From Dehalococcoidia bacterium (GTDB lineage: Bacteria > Chloroflexota > Dehalococcoidia > SZUA-161 > SpSt-899): a stretch of 64,000 nt of DNA. The notes beneath the pieces are model-generated. The model saw only the letters and a list, made by a program, of their open reading frames with translations. It made no database searches and had not been told where the DNA came from. The position numbers and the translations under genes were made by a program. Positions 49,283 to 59,183 of the stretch are shown piece by piece (the first letter of the stretch is position 1; each line of letters starts with the position of its first letter). The DNA lies in the NCBI GenBank assembly GCA_046498265.1, contig JAWOBB010000034.1, positions 503-64,502 on the forward strand, written 5' to 3'.

Positions 49283-50308
49283 ATGTGGCCGGTAATCGGA
49301 CAGGATCGAATCGTAGATCTGCTTAAGCGGAGTATAGCTGAAGGGAGACTTTCGCATGCTTACCTTCTTTTGGGTCCCCGTCATGTGGGCAAGATGACGC
49401 TGGCTCTCAGCCTTGCCAGGGCGCTGAATTGTACCTCTGAGGACAGCCCTTGCGGGGAGTGCAGTTCCTGCCGGCGGATATCTGGTGGCAACCACCCTGA
49501 TGTCCTGCTCATTCAACTGGACGAAACAGCGCCGGAACAATTGTCGCGGAAAGCTATCGGAATCGACCAGATTCGAGAAATGCAGCGCAGTGTCAATTTG
49601 AATTCTTATGAAGGTGGCTACCGAATCGTGATTATTGATGGCGCCGAGTATATGAGTGAAGGGGCGGCCAATTCGCTGCTCAAAACTCTCGAGGAACCGC
49701 CTCCCAATACCGTTTTTCTCTTGCTGACAGCGGAAGAGGACATGCTTTTGCCGACGATTCATTCGCGCTGTCAGAGAATTGAATTCGAACCTATACCGAT
49801 TAACATCCTGCAAAAAGTATTGATTGAGCAATGGGGCGTACCCCCCGACCAGGCAGATCTGCTGGCCAGATTCAGTTGTGGCTGCATAGGATGGGCGATT
49901 TCGGCCCTGAGCGAGGAGAGTATCCAGGAGGAACGTTCCGAGCAACTGGGAAAGCTTATTTCACTGATTTACTCCGATATCAGTGAGCGTTTTCGATTTG
50001 CGGCTGGCCTGGCTGCGGAATTTGGCAGGAGCAGAGCAACAGTCAGGGAATGGCTGGAGCTGTGGCTGACCTGGTGGCGGGATTTGTTATTGCTGAAAAG
50101 TGGCCACCCTGAGTTTATGATTAATGCTGATCGGGAGGATTTACTGGAGCAGCAGGCGGAACAATTTGGCTTGAATGGCCTCAGGGAAGCTATAAGGAGA
50201 ATTCAGGAAACGATGCACCAGCTTGAGCAAAATTCTAATGCGCGCCTGGCTCTTGAAGTATTGATGTTGAATATCCCCACTATTGAAAAAGAGGCGAGTC
50301 ATGCCTGA
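49283..50308 (+). CDS. holB: DNA polymerase III subunit delta'
   Basis: HAYLLLGPRHVGK, C...CGECSSC, HPD, ANSLLKTLEEP, SRC. Confidence 0.9.
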   Translation: MWPVIGQDRIVDLLKRSIAEGRLSHAYLLLGPRHVGKMTLALSLARALNCTSEDSPCGECSSCRRISGGNHPDVLLIQLDETAPEQLSRKAIGIDQIREMQRSVNLNSYEGGYRIVIIDGAEYMSEGAANSLLKTLEEPPPNTVFLLLTAEEDMLLPTIHSRCQRIEFEPIPINILQKVLIEQWGVPPDQADLLARFSCGCIGWAISALSEESIQEERSEQLGKLISLIYSDISERFRFAAGLAAEFGRSRATVREWLELWLTWWRDLLLLKSGHPEFMINADREDLLEQQAEQFGLNGLREAIRRIQETMHQLEQNSNARLALEVLMLNIPTIEKEASHA

Positions 50309-51131
50309 AGTTGTTAGTATTGTTTTCAGAGATGCCGGCCCGAGCTACTATTTTGCCCCGGGTGATGTTGAGTGTGAAGTAGGGGACTGGGTCGTTGTGG
50401 AAACTTCTCATGGCCTTGCGATGGGCAAGGTGATTGCCTCTTTCTTGTCAGTTGCCGATAAGGATATCGAGGGTTCGCTGAAAGCGGTTAAGCGAAAAGC
50501 GGGGGAATCGGACCTCAGCAGGCGGGAAGAGTTGAAGGCGCAGGAAGCGGAGGTGCTGACCAGGTGTGCCGAACTGGTGAGCAAGCACGATCTCCCCATG
50601 AAACTGGTGAATGCGGAGTATAATTTCGATGGCAGCCATCTGACGGTTTTTTTCACCTCGGAAGGCAAGGTTGACTTTCGAGCGCTCCTCAAGGAAATGG
50701 GGACTACCTTCAAGACGCGGGTGGAACTGCGCCAGGTGGGTGCCCGAGATGCGGCCAAGCTAATTGGCGGGATTGGCAGATGCGGGCGAGTATTATGCTG
50801 CGCCTCTTTTCTCGATAAATTCGTCCCGATTTCGGTGAGGATGGCTCGCGACCAGTCGCTCCCGCTGAACCCGGCCAGTATATCCGGACCTTGCGGAAAG
50901 TTATTGTGCTGCCTGAAATATGAGCACGATCAGTATCTGGAGATGAAAAACCGGTATCCTGCACTTGGTAGCAGGGTAAATATCCCCCAGGGAGAAGGCA
51001 AGATAATATACATCAATCATTTTAAAGGAACAGTTATGGTGCAACTCGAAAGTGAGACCACCGTAGAGTTGAAAATCGAAGATGTTTCTCCAGTGGTGAA
51101 AAAGAAGGGTGGGGGAAATGCCGGGCCCTGA
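50301..51131 (+). CDS. PSP1/YaaT (RicT) family protein
   Basis: VDFRALL, ELRQVGARD, GRCGRVLCC, SGPCGKLLCCLKYE. Confidence 0.9.
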   Translation: MPEVVSIVFRDAGPSYYFAPGDVECEVGDWVVVETSHGLAMGKVIASFLSVADKDIEGSLKAVKRKAGESDLSRREELKAQEAEVLTRCAELVSKHDLPMKLVNAEYNFDGSHLTVFFTSEGKVDFRALLKEMGTTFKTRVELRQVGARDAAKLIGGIGRCGRVLCCASFLDKFVPISVRMARDQSLPLNPASISGPCGKLLCCLKYEHDQYLEMKNRYPALGSRVNIPQGEGKIIYINHFKGTVMVQLESETTVELKIEDVSPVVKKKGGGNAGP

Positions 51132-51960
51132 GATGGGTTTCCATTGTCACAAGCTCGAGAAGATTCAGGAGAGTATCCTGGATAACGGGCTAAACCGTGG
51201 CGAATTCTTCAACTTTCCTTCCGGTGAAATAGAGGGCCTGAGGAAGGAATTAGCCAATCGTGACCTGGCAAGGAGTGTGCATGCCCCGTTGCTTAAACCT
51301 GACTGGTATCCTGATCCTCCTACCTGGTCCTTCCTTTGCGACGTGGCTGCGGACAACCGGAATCTCACTTTCAGAATGATAACGGAAACCCTTGCCCGGG
51401 CAGGAGATCTCGGGGCTGAGTACGTAATCGTTCATTTCCCCACCCCCAGCACCGACGGAGAAGGTGAGAGCTCTTCCAAACTGGCGAGCATAGCCTGGAA
51501 GAGTTGTGATGAGCTGGCTGAACTCAGCGTTAAATGGGATATGCCCATACATATCGAGGGGCTGGGAAGCAGCCCTTACCTGAATGATGGTTTCCTGGCT
51601 CAGGCTATGGGGCAATATCCGCTGAAATACTGTTTTGATACCGGTCACATGAACCTGGCAGCGAAGAGGAATGGGTTTGATTTGTACGATTTCGCCGCTC
51701 AAATGGCCCCCTTTGTGGGTTCGATACACCTGTGGAACAATCGGGGGGAAGAAGATTACGCGAATTTCCGGCATATCCCGGTTCATCCTTCCCAGGACCC
51801 GGAGGAAGGGTGGGTGGATATCTCAAGAATGCTGCAAATCCTCAAACCCTCCTGCCCGGTGATCTTTGAGAGTCCGCTGTGCTATCCTGAGGAACTGGGA
51901 GAATATGACTATCGAGACGGAGTGGAATGGGTAAAAGGAATTATGAAAACATTATCTTGA
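51118..51960 (+). CDS. Xylose-isomerase-like TIM-barrel protein (sugar phosphate isomerase/epimerase family)
   Basis: HAP, HFP, IE, DTGH, HLWN, H, FE metal-ligand pattern. Confidence 0.75.
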   Translation: MPGPEMGFHCHKLEKIQESILDNGLNRGEFFNFPSGEIEGLRKELANRDLARSVHAPLLKPDWYPDPPTWSFLCDVAADNRNLTFRMITETLARAGDLGAEYVIVHFPTPSTDGEGESSSKLASIAWKSCDELAELSVKWDMPIHIEGLGSSPYLNDGFLAQAMGQYPLKYCFDTGHMNLAAKRNGFDLYDFAAQMAPFVGSIHLWNNRGEEDYANFRHIPVHPSQDPEEGWVDISRMLQILKPSCPVIFESPLCYPEELGEYDYRDGVEWVKGIMKTLS

Positions 51961-53597
51961 CCGGCTTCTCTTATACGGGGAAGACCCGGGTCAGCCGGAT
52001 TGTGGCTCAGCGGCTTGGATGGGAACTGGTCGATACCGACGACGAGATTGTCAGGCTGGCCGGCAAGCCTATCCCCGAGATATTTGCTCAGGAAGGAGAA
52101 GACCACTTCCGCAAGCTGGAGCACCAGTCGCTGAGCGATGTCTGCACCAGAAACGGGACAGTTATATCCACCGGCGGCGGAATCATCATGGCGGCTGAGA
52201 ACCGCCAGATCATGAAGAAATCGGGGGTGGTCGTTTGCCTCGAAGCCGAACCGGAGACCATTTACAGGCGACTGATGATAGATTCGGAAAAATCCGGGGA
52301 GAAGGTGATTCGTCCCCTTCTCCAGGCAGATGATCCCCTGGAACGCATTACTTCCCTGAAGGAATCGCGCCAGAGCAACTATGCCAAATCCGACTGGACG
52401 GTGCACACCGACAGTCTCACCCCGGAGGAGGTCGCCGGCGAGGTTATACGAGGCTGGAGTTTTGTCAGCCGGTCGAACCGGGCTTTTGCCGCCGACCCGC
52501 AAATTGCCTGCATGGTAGCTACTGCCACTGAAAGCTATCCGGTATTCGTTGAGGAGGGAATGCTGGATTCACTCGGTCAGAAGATGAAAGAAACCGGATT
52601 GGAGGGTAATGCCTACATTATCAGTGACGATAATGTTTTTCCCCTTTATGGCCAGAGGGTTAAGGCCTCGCTTGAAGGGGCGGGCTTTGCGGTCGATTCC
52701 CTCGTCGTGCCTCATGGGGAGATGAGCAAATCCCTGCCTGTCGCTATGCGAATATACGATTTTCTGGTCCTGCATCGAGCCGAACGTAACCATACCGTTG
52801 TGGCTCTGGGTGGCGGGATGGTGGGGGACCTGGCCGGGTTTGCCGCGGCCACCTTCCTGCGGGGGATGCCCCTGGTTCAGGTGCCCACCAGCCTGCTGGG
52901 AATGGTTGATTCCTCCATCGGGGGGAAGGTAGCCGTCAATCACCCCGACGGGAAGAATCTGATCGGGTCGTTCTATCAGCCCCGTCTGGTCCTCAGTGAT
53001 GTTCAGACATTGACTACTTTGCCGGAACGGGAACTGACTTCCGGATGGGCGGAGGTTGCCAAACACGGCTTCATTCGGGATAGTGAATATGTCCGATTCT
53101 TAGAGGAAAATGTGGATAAGTTACGCTCTCTCGAGGATGCGGCCACCACAGAGGCGATCAGGCGTAGCGCTGTCATCAAGGCTGCGGTGGTCAGCGAGGA
53201 TGAAAAGGAGGCCGGATTGCGCACCATCCTCAATTACGGGCATACCATCGCTCACGGCCTGGAGGCCGCCACCGGCTATGCCGAGATGCTCCACGGGGAA
53301 GCGGTGGCAGTGGGAATGGCGGGGGCTGCTGAGATTGCTGCTAAGATGGGGATTCTCGAAAATGAAGACCTCCGGCGGCAGAGATCGCTGCTGGAGAATT
53401 TCGGGCTGCCGGTGAAGTGTCCGGGGGTTGATGTGAATGCTGTTATGCAGGCCATCGAGCTGGATAAAAAGGTTCGGATGAGAGAAGTTCGGTGGGTTCT
53501 GCTCTCCCGGATCGGGGAGCCAGGGCTTGCCAGTGACATTCCTTCGGAGGTGGTAAGGAGTGCCATTGAGTATCTGTCCGAGGTAGAGACAGCATGA
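51927..53597 (+). CDS. aroB: Shikimate kinase / 3-dehydroquinate synthase fusion (AroK-AroB)
   Basis: GFSYTGKT, GEDHFR, STGGG, RPLL; then GGGMVGD, DSSIGGK, LNYGHT, LHGEAVA. Confidence 0.95.
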   Translation: MGKRNYENIILTGFSYTGKTRVSRIVAQRLGWELVDTDDEIVRLAGKPIPEIFAQEGEDHFRKLEHQSLSDVCTRNGTVISTGGGIIMAAENRQIMKKSGVVVCLEAEPETIYRRLMIDSEKSGEKVIRPLLQADDPLERITSLKESRQSNYAKSDWTVHTDSLTPEEVAGEVIRGWSFVSRSNRAFAADPQIACMVATATESYPVFVEEGMLDSLGQKMKETGLEGNAYIISDDNVFPLYGQRVKASLEGAGFAVDSLVVPHGEMSKSLPVAMRIYDFLVLHRAERNHTVVALGGGMVGDLAGFAAATFLRGMPLVQVPTSLLGMVDSSIGGKVAVNHPDGKNLIGSFYQPRLVLSDVQTLTTLPERELTSGWAEVAKHGFIRDSEYVRFLEENVDKLRSLEDAATTEAIRRSAVIKAAVVSEDEKEAGLRTILNYGHTIAHGLEAATGYAEMLHGEAVAVGMAGAAEIAAKMGILENEDLRRQRSLLENFGLPVKCPGVDVNAVMQAIELDKKVRMREVRWVLLSRIGEPGLASDIPSEVVRSAIEYLSEVETA

Positions 53598-55369
53598 AAA
53601 ATATCGACTCTCCCGCGGCGGCCCGGCTGGAAAGCCTGGTGAACGTAGCGTTGGGCTCCGAAAAGGCCGATCTGGCCGTTGTCGGCGGTGATCTGGTGGA
53701 TGTTTACACCGGGGAGGTGTTAAAGGGCTGGTCGGTGGCTGTCAAGGGGGAGTGGATCGCTTACGTTGGAGAGGATGCTTCCCATACCGTCGGCCCCCAG
53801 ACAAAGGTTATCGATGTCTCCGGCAAAACCCTGATTCCCGGCTTTATCGATGGGCATGCCCATATGCTGCACACGTATGGCACCGTCGAGGAATTCCTCA
53901 AATATGTCATAAGGACGGGTACGACCACTATCATATCGGAGACTCTGGATTTCGCTTTCACGCTCGGTTATGAGGGGGTTCTCGATTTTCTCCAGGCTGT
54001 GAAGGACCAGCCCATTAAAATCTTTGCCACCGTCCCTTCGACCATCGCCAACGGACAGCAGTCCTATCGAAATAATATTTCCCCCGAACAGTTCCGCCGG
54101 CTGCTCGAGCACGATGGTATCCTTGGGGTGGGGGAGAGTAACTGGGCTTCGGTGGTCAAGGGGAATCGGCTGATTTTCGATCTCTTTGCCGATACTCTCA
54201 GGTGGGGGAAAAAGCTCGAAGGCCATGCCGCCGGGGCCAGAGGGAACAAACTGGTGGCCTTTGCCGCTTCGGGGAACTCATCGGATCACGAACCCATAGC
54301 AGCCGAGGAGGTGCTGGACCGGCTGAGGCTGGGGATGTATGTGCTCATCCGTGAAGGGGACGTTCGCCATGACCTGGAGGCTGTTTCGAAAATCAAGGAC
54401 GAACAAGTCGATTTCCGGCGGCTCTGCATCTGCACGGACGGCATCGGCGTCAAGCACCTGATGAACAAGGGGTATATGGATTCGGTGGCGCAGAAAGCTG
54501 TCGATCTGGGATTTGATCCCGTCACCGCCATTCAAATGGTCTCACTCAATCCGGCCGAGCATTTCGGCATCGATGACATCGCCGGCGGCATCGCCCCTGG
54601 CCAGCATGCCGATATCGTGGTCATCCCCTCTCCGACCGATATCAAACCGGAAGTGGTTATCAGCAAAGGGCGGATTGTGGCCGCCGATGGCGAATCGCTC
54701 ATCGAGCCCGGAAAGCATGTTTATCCGGAATCTTTCCGAAATACCATCCGAATTCCTCGTCAACTGAAGCCAGCCGATTTTTCCATAAGGTTTGACAGCA
54801 CCGCAGACGAGGTTACGGCCAGAGTTATTGATATGGGAACGGATATTGCCAATAAGGAAGCTCGGTTGGCTGTGCCTGTGTCCGCTGGCGAAGTGAAAGT
54901 GGATATTGAAAGGGATATCATCAAGTTATCCGCGATAGATCGGATTCATAATTCGGGCAGGATGTTCACCGGCCTGATTCGGGGATTCGGCCTGAAGCGG
55001 GGGGCTTTTGCGGTCACGGCCAGCTGGGATGCAGCCTGTATCCTGGTGGTGGGATCTTCTCAAGAGGATATGGCCGGAGCGGTTGCCCGAATTCGCCAGA
55101 TGGGGGGTGGTTCGGTCGTTTACGCCGATGGAAGGGTCCTGGCCGAGTTGCCCCTGCCGATAGGCTGCCAGACTTCCGACCTGCCGATGGAAGAGATCGA
55201 TCGAAGAATGGATCAAATCCAGCAGGCGGTAACCGAACTTGGCTGTCGGATTCCTTACGCTCACCTGATGCTGGTTACGCTCAGCACCACCATCATCCCG
55301 TCCATTCGCATATCCCCTGAAGGGTTGCTGGATATCAGGACCGGAGAGTTGCTGGATCTATTTCTGTAG
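53594..55369 (+). CDS. Adenine deaminase family amidohydrolase
   Basis: PGFIDGHAH, EGH, SDHE, REG, CTDG, NPAEHFG; some motifs divergent. Confidence 0.8.
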   Translation: MKNIDSPAAARLESLVNVALGSEKADLAVVGGDLVDVYTGEVLKGWSVAVKGEWIAYVGEDASHTVGPQTKVIDVSGKTLIPGFIDGHAHMLHTYGTVEEFLKYVIRTGTTTIISETLDFAFTLGYEGVLDFLQAVKDQPIKIFATVPSTIANGQQSYRNNISPEQFRRLLEHDGILGVGESNWASVVKGNRLIFDLFADTLRWGKKLEGHAAGARGNKLVAFAASGNSSDHEPIAAEEVLDRLRLGMYVLIREGDVRHDLEAVSKIKDEQVDFRRLCICTDGIGVKHLMNKGYMDSVAQKAVDLGFDPVTAIQMVSLNPAEHFGIDDIAGGIAPGQHADIVVIPSPTDIKPEVVISKGRIVAADGESLIEPGKHVYPESFRNTIRIPRQLKPADFSIRFDSTADEVTARVIDMGTDIANKEARLAVPVSAGEVKVDIERDIIKLSAIDRIHNSGRMFTGLIRGFGLKRGAFAVTASWDAACILVVGSSQEDMAGAVARIRQMGGGSVVYADGRVLAELPLPIGCQTSDLPMEEIDRRMDQIQQAVTELGCRIPYAHLMLVTLSTTIIPSIRISPEGLLDIRTGELLDLFL

Positions 55370-55389
55370 TGGCAGGGTTCAAAGCTGGC

Positions 55390-55953
55390 CTATCCCAGTT
55401 CCGGTTCCAGCAAACCGTAATTGCTGTCGCCCCGCTTGTATACCACCGCAAATTGCTCGCTGTATGAGTTGAAAAAGATATAGAAATCATGCCCCAGCAG
55501 CTCCATCTGGTCGATGGCTTCCTCGGGCGGCATGGGATCGACCGGAAATCGTTTGAACTTGATCATCGCGCCTGTTTCGTTCTCACCCTCAGAGACCAGG
55601 TTCGCCTCTTCCCCGGGCGCTAGCGTCTTTGATACGCCGGTGCGGTACCGTTTCTTTCCCTGGAGTCTGTCTTTATAGCGTTTGATCTGTCGTTCCATAA
55701 CAGCGGCTACCGCATCGATAGCGGAAAAAATATCGGGGCCCCGTTCTTCACCTCGCAGAAAGGTTCCATCCGAGTCAACCGTCACTTCGACCACATAATG
55801 ATTTTCCCGGGACCTGGTATTCTCCTCAGAGATTTCCACCTTGGCTTTGGAAATGCTCTGAAGGTGACGGTCGAATTTCTGGGCCTTTTTCTCAATATAA
55901 TCTTTGGCGTTTTCAGGTACAGTGAGATTTTTGCCTTTGATTAACAGTTCCAT
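55390..55953 (-). CDS. hpf: Long ribosome hibernation promoting factor (HPF/RaiA)
   Basis: IKGKNL, AID...ERQIKRYK, EEAIDQMELLGHDF; SD GAGGAGG before MELLIK. Confidence 0.9.
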   Translation of the reverse strand: MELLIKGKNLTVPENAKDYIEKKAQKFDRHLQSISKAKVEISEENTRSRENHYVVEVTVDSDGTFLRGEERGPDIFSAIDAVAAVMERQIKRYKDRLQGKKRYRTGVSKTLAPGEEANLVSEGENETGAMIKFKRFPVDPMPPEEAIDQMELLGHDFYIFFNSYSEQFAVVYKRGDSNYGLLEPELG

Positions 55954-55970
55954 TCCATCCTCCTCATCGT

Positions 55971-56675
55971 TTACAATTCTCTTGAAAGGGTCAGCCCCCA
56001 GACGGAGGCGGCCCCCGCCGCTTTCAGGGAGATAGCGCAGGCATTCAGCGTTGCTCCCGTCGTGCATACGTCATCGATGAGCAAAACTCGCTTACCTGCC
56101 AAATCATTGTCTTTACAGCTAAATGCCCCCGCCACGTTTGCCTGGCGCCCCTGTGCTTTCAGGGCAACCTGAGAAGTCGTGTTTGTGACTCGAACAAGCG
56201 ATGTCGATGAAAGGGGCAATCCCATCAGTTTGCCCAGCTCCTTTGCCAGCAGCTGTGCCTGGTTGTAGCCCCGCCTGCGCAGTCTTTTCGAGTGCATCGG
56301 GACCGGAACTAGAACGTCGGCGGGCAGGGGATTCGATTGAAGGTACCTGGCCATAAAATTTGCCAGCGGCCCGGCCAGCGACTTCAAATTATTATACTTC
56401 AGAGTGTGGATAGCGTCACGGGCCAGTTTTTCATGCAGAAAAATCGAGCGTATGCCGTTTATCTGGAGAGGATTGGCATTGCATTTGGGGCAGGATGCGG
56501 CTCCTTTCAGCGGCAGTCCGCAGCGCTCACAGAAAGGTGATGGCAGTGGGGGGAATCCCCGTGTGCAGGAAGGGCAGATCAGCCCCCCTTCCATTCCGCA
56601 TCCGATACATCTGAGGGGGAAAAGGAGATCGAGGAATGCCTCCGGTATTTGAGCAAGTCTCGTTTGCAAAGCCAT
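55971..56675 (-). CDS. comF: ComF family protein (double Zn ribbon plus PRTase)
   Basis: CIGC, CPSC, CERC, CPKC; RGYNQ; LIDDVCTTGATL. Confidence 0.9.
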   Translation of the reverse strand: MALQTRLAQIPEAFLDLLFPLRCIGCGMEGGLICPSCTRGFPPLPSPFCERCGLPLKGAASCPKCNANPLQINGIRSIFLHEKLARDAIHTLKYNNLKSLAGPLANFMARYLQSNPLPADVLVPVPMHSKRLRRRGYNQAQLLAKELGKLMGLPLSSTSLVRVTNTTSQVALKAQGRQANVAGAFSCKDNDLAGKRVLLIDDVCTTGATLNACAISLKAAGAASVWGLTLSREL

Positions 56676-56683
56676 ATTATATT

Positions 56684-57619
56684 CTAACAGAAATTAGCAA
56701 CACCGATAAGCTCTGTGAGGTTCTCAATCCCCTCTTTTTGCATGAAGTCCTCGATTCCTTTGCTGATGCCGTTCATGGTTTGAGGATCGGCGAAGGTGGC
56801 CGTCCCCACCTGGACAGCACTGGCTCCGGCCATGATGAACTCCAGGGCATCATCGGCCGAAGCGATCCCGCCGCATCCGATTATGGGCACCTTTACCGCC
56901 CGGGCGACTCTATAGACGAGATAAAGGGCGATCGGCTTGATTGCCGGGCCGGAGAGTCCGCCGGTTAAATTTCCCAGCACGGGGCGGCGGGCGGCAGTAT
57001 CGATGGCCATCCCGTTGAAGGTATTGGCAACGGTCAGGCAATCGGCCCCGGCATCTACTGCAGCGCGAGCGATCTCGGCGATGTCCGTTACGTTGGGGGT
57101 AAGCTTGACTATAAGGGACAGGCCGGTTTTGGCCCTGCTGGCTCCCACCACCGCCGCGCACAGCTCAGGGTCGACTCCAAATTCCATTCCACCGGCGCTT
57201 ACATTGGGGCAGCTCACGTTAACCTCGATGGCGGCGATGCCGGCAATCCCATCCAGTTCGCCGGCTACTTGAGCATATTCGTCTATACTTTCGCCCGAAA
57301 TATTAACGATCACCGGCGTCCCCCATTTTGCCCAGCGGGGTGCTTTCTCCCGGATTACAGCTTCGACCCCGATGTTTTCCATCCCGATCGAATTGAGAAG
57401 GCCCTCGGTAGTTTCTGCCAGCCTCGGGGGGGGATTACCTTCCTGCGGCTCCAGGGTTATCCCTTTAGAGACAATAGCGCCCAGTTTCCGGATATCGATG
57501 ATATCGGCATACTCGGTCCCGTAGCCGAAGGTCCCGGAGGCGGCTATCACCGGATTGGAGAGCAGCAATCCCTTTTTGTTCTGCGGGGCAAGCTGTACTG
57601 ATAAATTCAAATTCGACAT
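56684..57619 (-). CDS. pyrD: Dihydroorotate dehydrogenase, family 1B catalytic subunit
   Basis: ASGTFG, NSIG, NVSCPN, KLTPN, GGLSGPAIKP. Confidence 0.95.
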   Translation of the reverse strand: MSNLNLSVQLAPQNKKGLLLSNPVIAASGTFGYGTEYADIIDIRKLGAIVSKGITLEPQEGNPPPRLAETTEGLLNSIGMENIGVEAVIREKAPRWAKWGTPVIVNISGESIDEYAQVAGELDGIAGIAAIEVNVSCPNVSAGGMEFGVDPELCAAVVGASRAKTGLSLIVKLTPNVTDIAEIARAAVDAGADCLTVANTFNGMAIDTAARRPVLGNLTGGLSGPAIKPIALYLVYRVARAVKVPIIGCGGIASADDALEFIMAGASAVQVGTATFADPQTMNGISKGIEDFMQKEGIENLTELIGVANFC

Positions 57620-57660
57620 GGCTGAAAACTATAATAACATTTTATTCCCGCGGAGTATTC

Positions 57661-57765
57661 TGTCATCACGAGAAGCTCTTCCGTCCGAAGGCGGAAGGAC
57701 GACGTGGCGATCTCCAGGCAGTTTGGGAGATTGCTTCGCCTGCCATAGGCGGACTCGCAATGACA
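57661..57765. repeat. REP-like composite palindromic element
   Basis: TGTCATCACGAG...CTCGCAATGACA ends with internal hairpins (CTTCCGTC/GGCGGAAG; GCGATCTCC/GGAGATTGC; CGCCT/AGGCG). Confidence 0.7.
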
Positions 57766-57768
57766 TTG

Positions 57769-58320
57769 TTAAGTACTTGATCTTTGTATCGCTTTCACCA
57801 TGGCTTTGCCGGCGGCCCCGGCCTGGCTCATGGCTTCGCTGTCTCCCCTGATATCGCCGGGCTCATCGGCATATCCTATTACCCCGCCGGCAAGCGTCAT
57901 CCGCATCAGGGCAAAGTAGTCGTTCAGGGAACTGTAAGCGTTGCCGCAGCCGGCCCGGTTGGCCACCACCGCGATGCCCCCCACTTTGCCCCGCAGCTTG
58001 CGGTGGACCATGAGATGATAGGTCCGATCGATCAGGATTTTCACCTGAGCGCTCACGTTCCAGAAATAGACTGGTGTGCCGATGAAAATGCCGTCGGCCT
58101 CGAGCAGCTTGGGGTAGATATGCTGCATATCGTCGCTGATGCTGCACTCGCCGCCTTCGAGGCAGAAGGCGCATCCCCGGCAGGGGCCGATATCCATCTC
58201 CCCGATGTTCAGTATCTCCGTCTTTGCCCCGGCCCCTTTTGCCCCTTCCATAGCTTCGTTGATGAGGATTTCGGTATTGCCGTTTTTACGGGGGCTGCCG
58301 ATGATTGCCAGTATTTTCAT
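57769..58320 (-). CDS. Flavodoxin-like iron-sulfur flavoprotein
   Basis: GSPRKNGNT, CRGCAFC...C, GTPVY. Confidence 0.85.
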   Translation of the reverse strand: MKILAIIGSPRKNGNTEILINEAMEGAKGAGAKTEILNIGEMDIGPCRGCAFCLEGGECSISDDMQHIYPKLLEADGIFIGTPVYFWNVSAQVKILIDRTYHLMVHRKLRGKVGGIAVVANRAGCGNAYSSLNDYFALMRMTLAGGVIGYADEPGDIRGDSEAMSQAGAAGKAMVKAIQRSST

Positions 58321-59177
58321 GCCGATGTACCGTAGGTTTTCTGCAAGAGAAGGGCGTCATCTTCCAGGTTCGGGCTCTCGCAGATGACCACGCCCTTGGC
58401 GTCGTGGTCCTTGAGCGCCTGTAAAAGCTCCTGATATTGAAAATCGGACTCCTCCAGGTTGAGGTGGTTCCTCTCACCCTTTTCGCCGTAGTTGATACCG
58501 GAGACGTGAAGATGCAGGTTGTCCAGCCCCTCCCTGCCCAGCCTTTCCCCCACCTGGTCCAGTACCTGGGAGAACTCGTTGTAGGTATTGAACTTGCCGG
58601 TCCGGGCGTGCAGGTGGGCGAAGTCGATGCAGGGGCCGACCCCTTCGATTTCGGAGCTGAGCCTGAGAATTTCGTTCAGGGTTCCGAACTGGCTGGGTTT
58701 GCCCATAACTTCCGGTTTGATGGCTATATGCACCTTCTCTTTTTCCAGTTGTTCGACTATCTGGGTAAGGTGGCGCTTTACCCTCTCGTAAACCTGCTCC
58801 GGGGGCATTTTCAGGTAAAAAGCCGGATGGAAAGTGATGCTTTCTCCCCCGAAGGCATGTGCCACCCGGGCGGTTTGCATGACCCTCTGCCTGCTCGAGG
58901 CGATCTTCTCCTCCTCCTTGGCGTTCAGGTTGATATAATATGGCCCGTGGGCAGTCAGGCGGATATTGCGTTTTCTGGCAACCTCCCCGACGTCAAGGGC
59001 GTTTTTCCGGCTCATCCGAACCCCGTAAACGAACTCTACCTCCATGCAACCCAGCTGCAGTTCGTGGGCCCTGATGATGCCCCCCCGGGTGGTCTTCTTT
59101 GCGGAACTGTGAGGAATTCCCGCAGTCCCGAAGAGCATCCTGTCCGGCCCGCTGGTGGATTGCTGACCTCTGGGCAT
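58317..59177 (-). CDS. Endonuclease IV-like TIM-barrel protein
   Basis: FGTAG, HGPYYINL, FHP, EVMGK.SQFG, IDFAHLHAR, HVSGI. Confidence 0.85.
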   Translation of the reverse strand: MPRGQQSTSGPDRMLFGTAGIPHSSAKKTTRGGIIRAHELQLGCMEVEFVYGVRMSRKNALDVGEVARKRNIRLTAHGPYYINLNAKEEEKIASSRQRVMQTARVAHAFGGESITFHPAFYLKMPPEQVYERVKRHLTQIVEQLEKEKVHIAIKPEVMGKPSQFGTLNEILRLSSEIEGVGPCIDFAHLHARTGKFNTYNEFSQVLDQVGERLGREGLDNLHLHVSGINYGEKGERNHLNLEESDFQYQELLQALKDHDAKGVVICESPNLEDDALLLQKTYGTSA

Positions 59178-59183
59178 CAGCCT

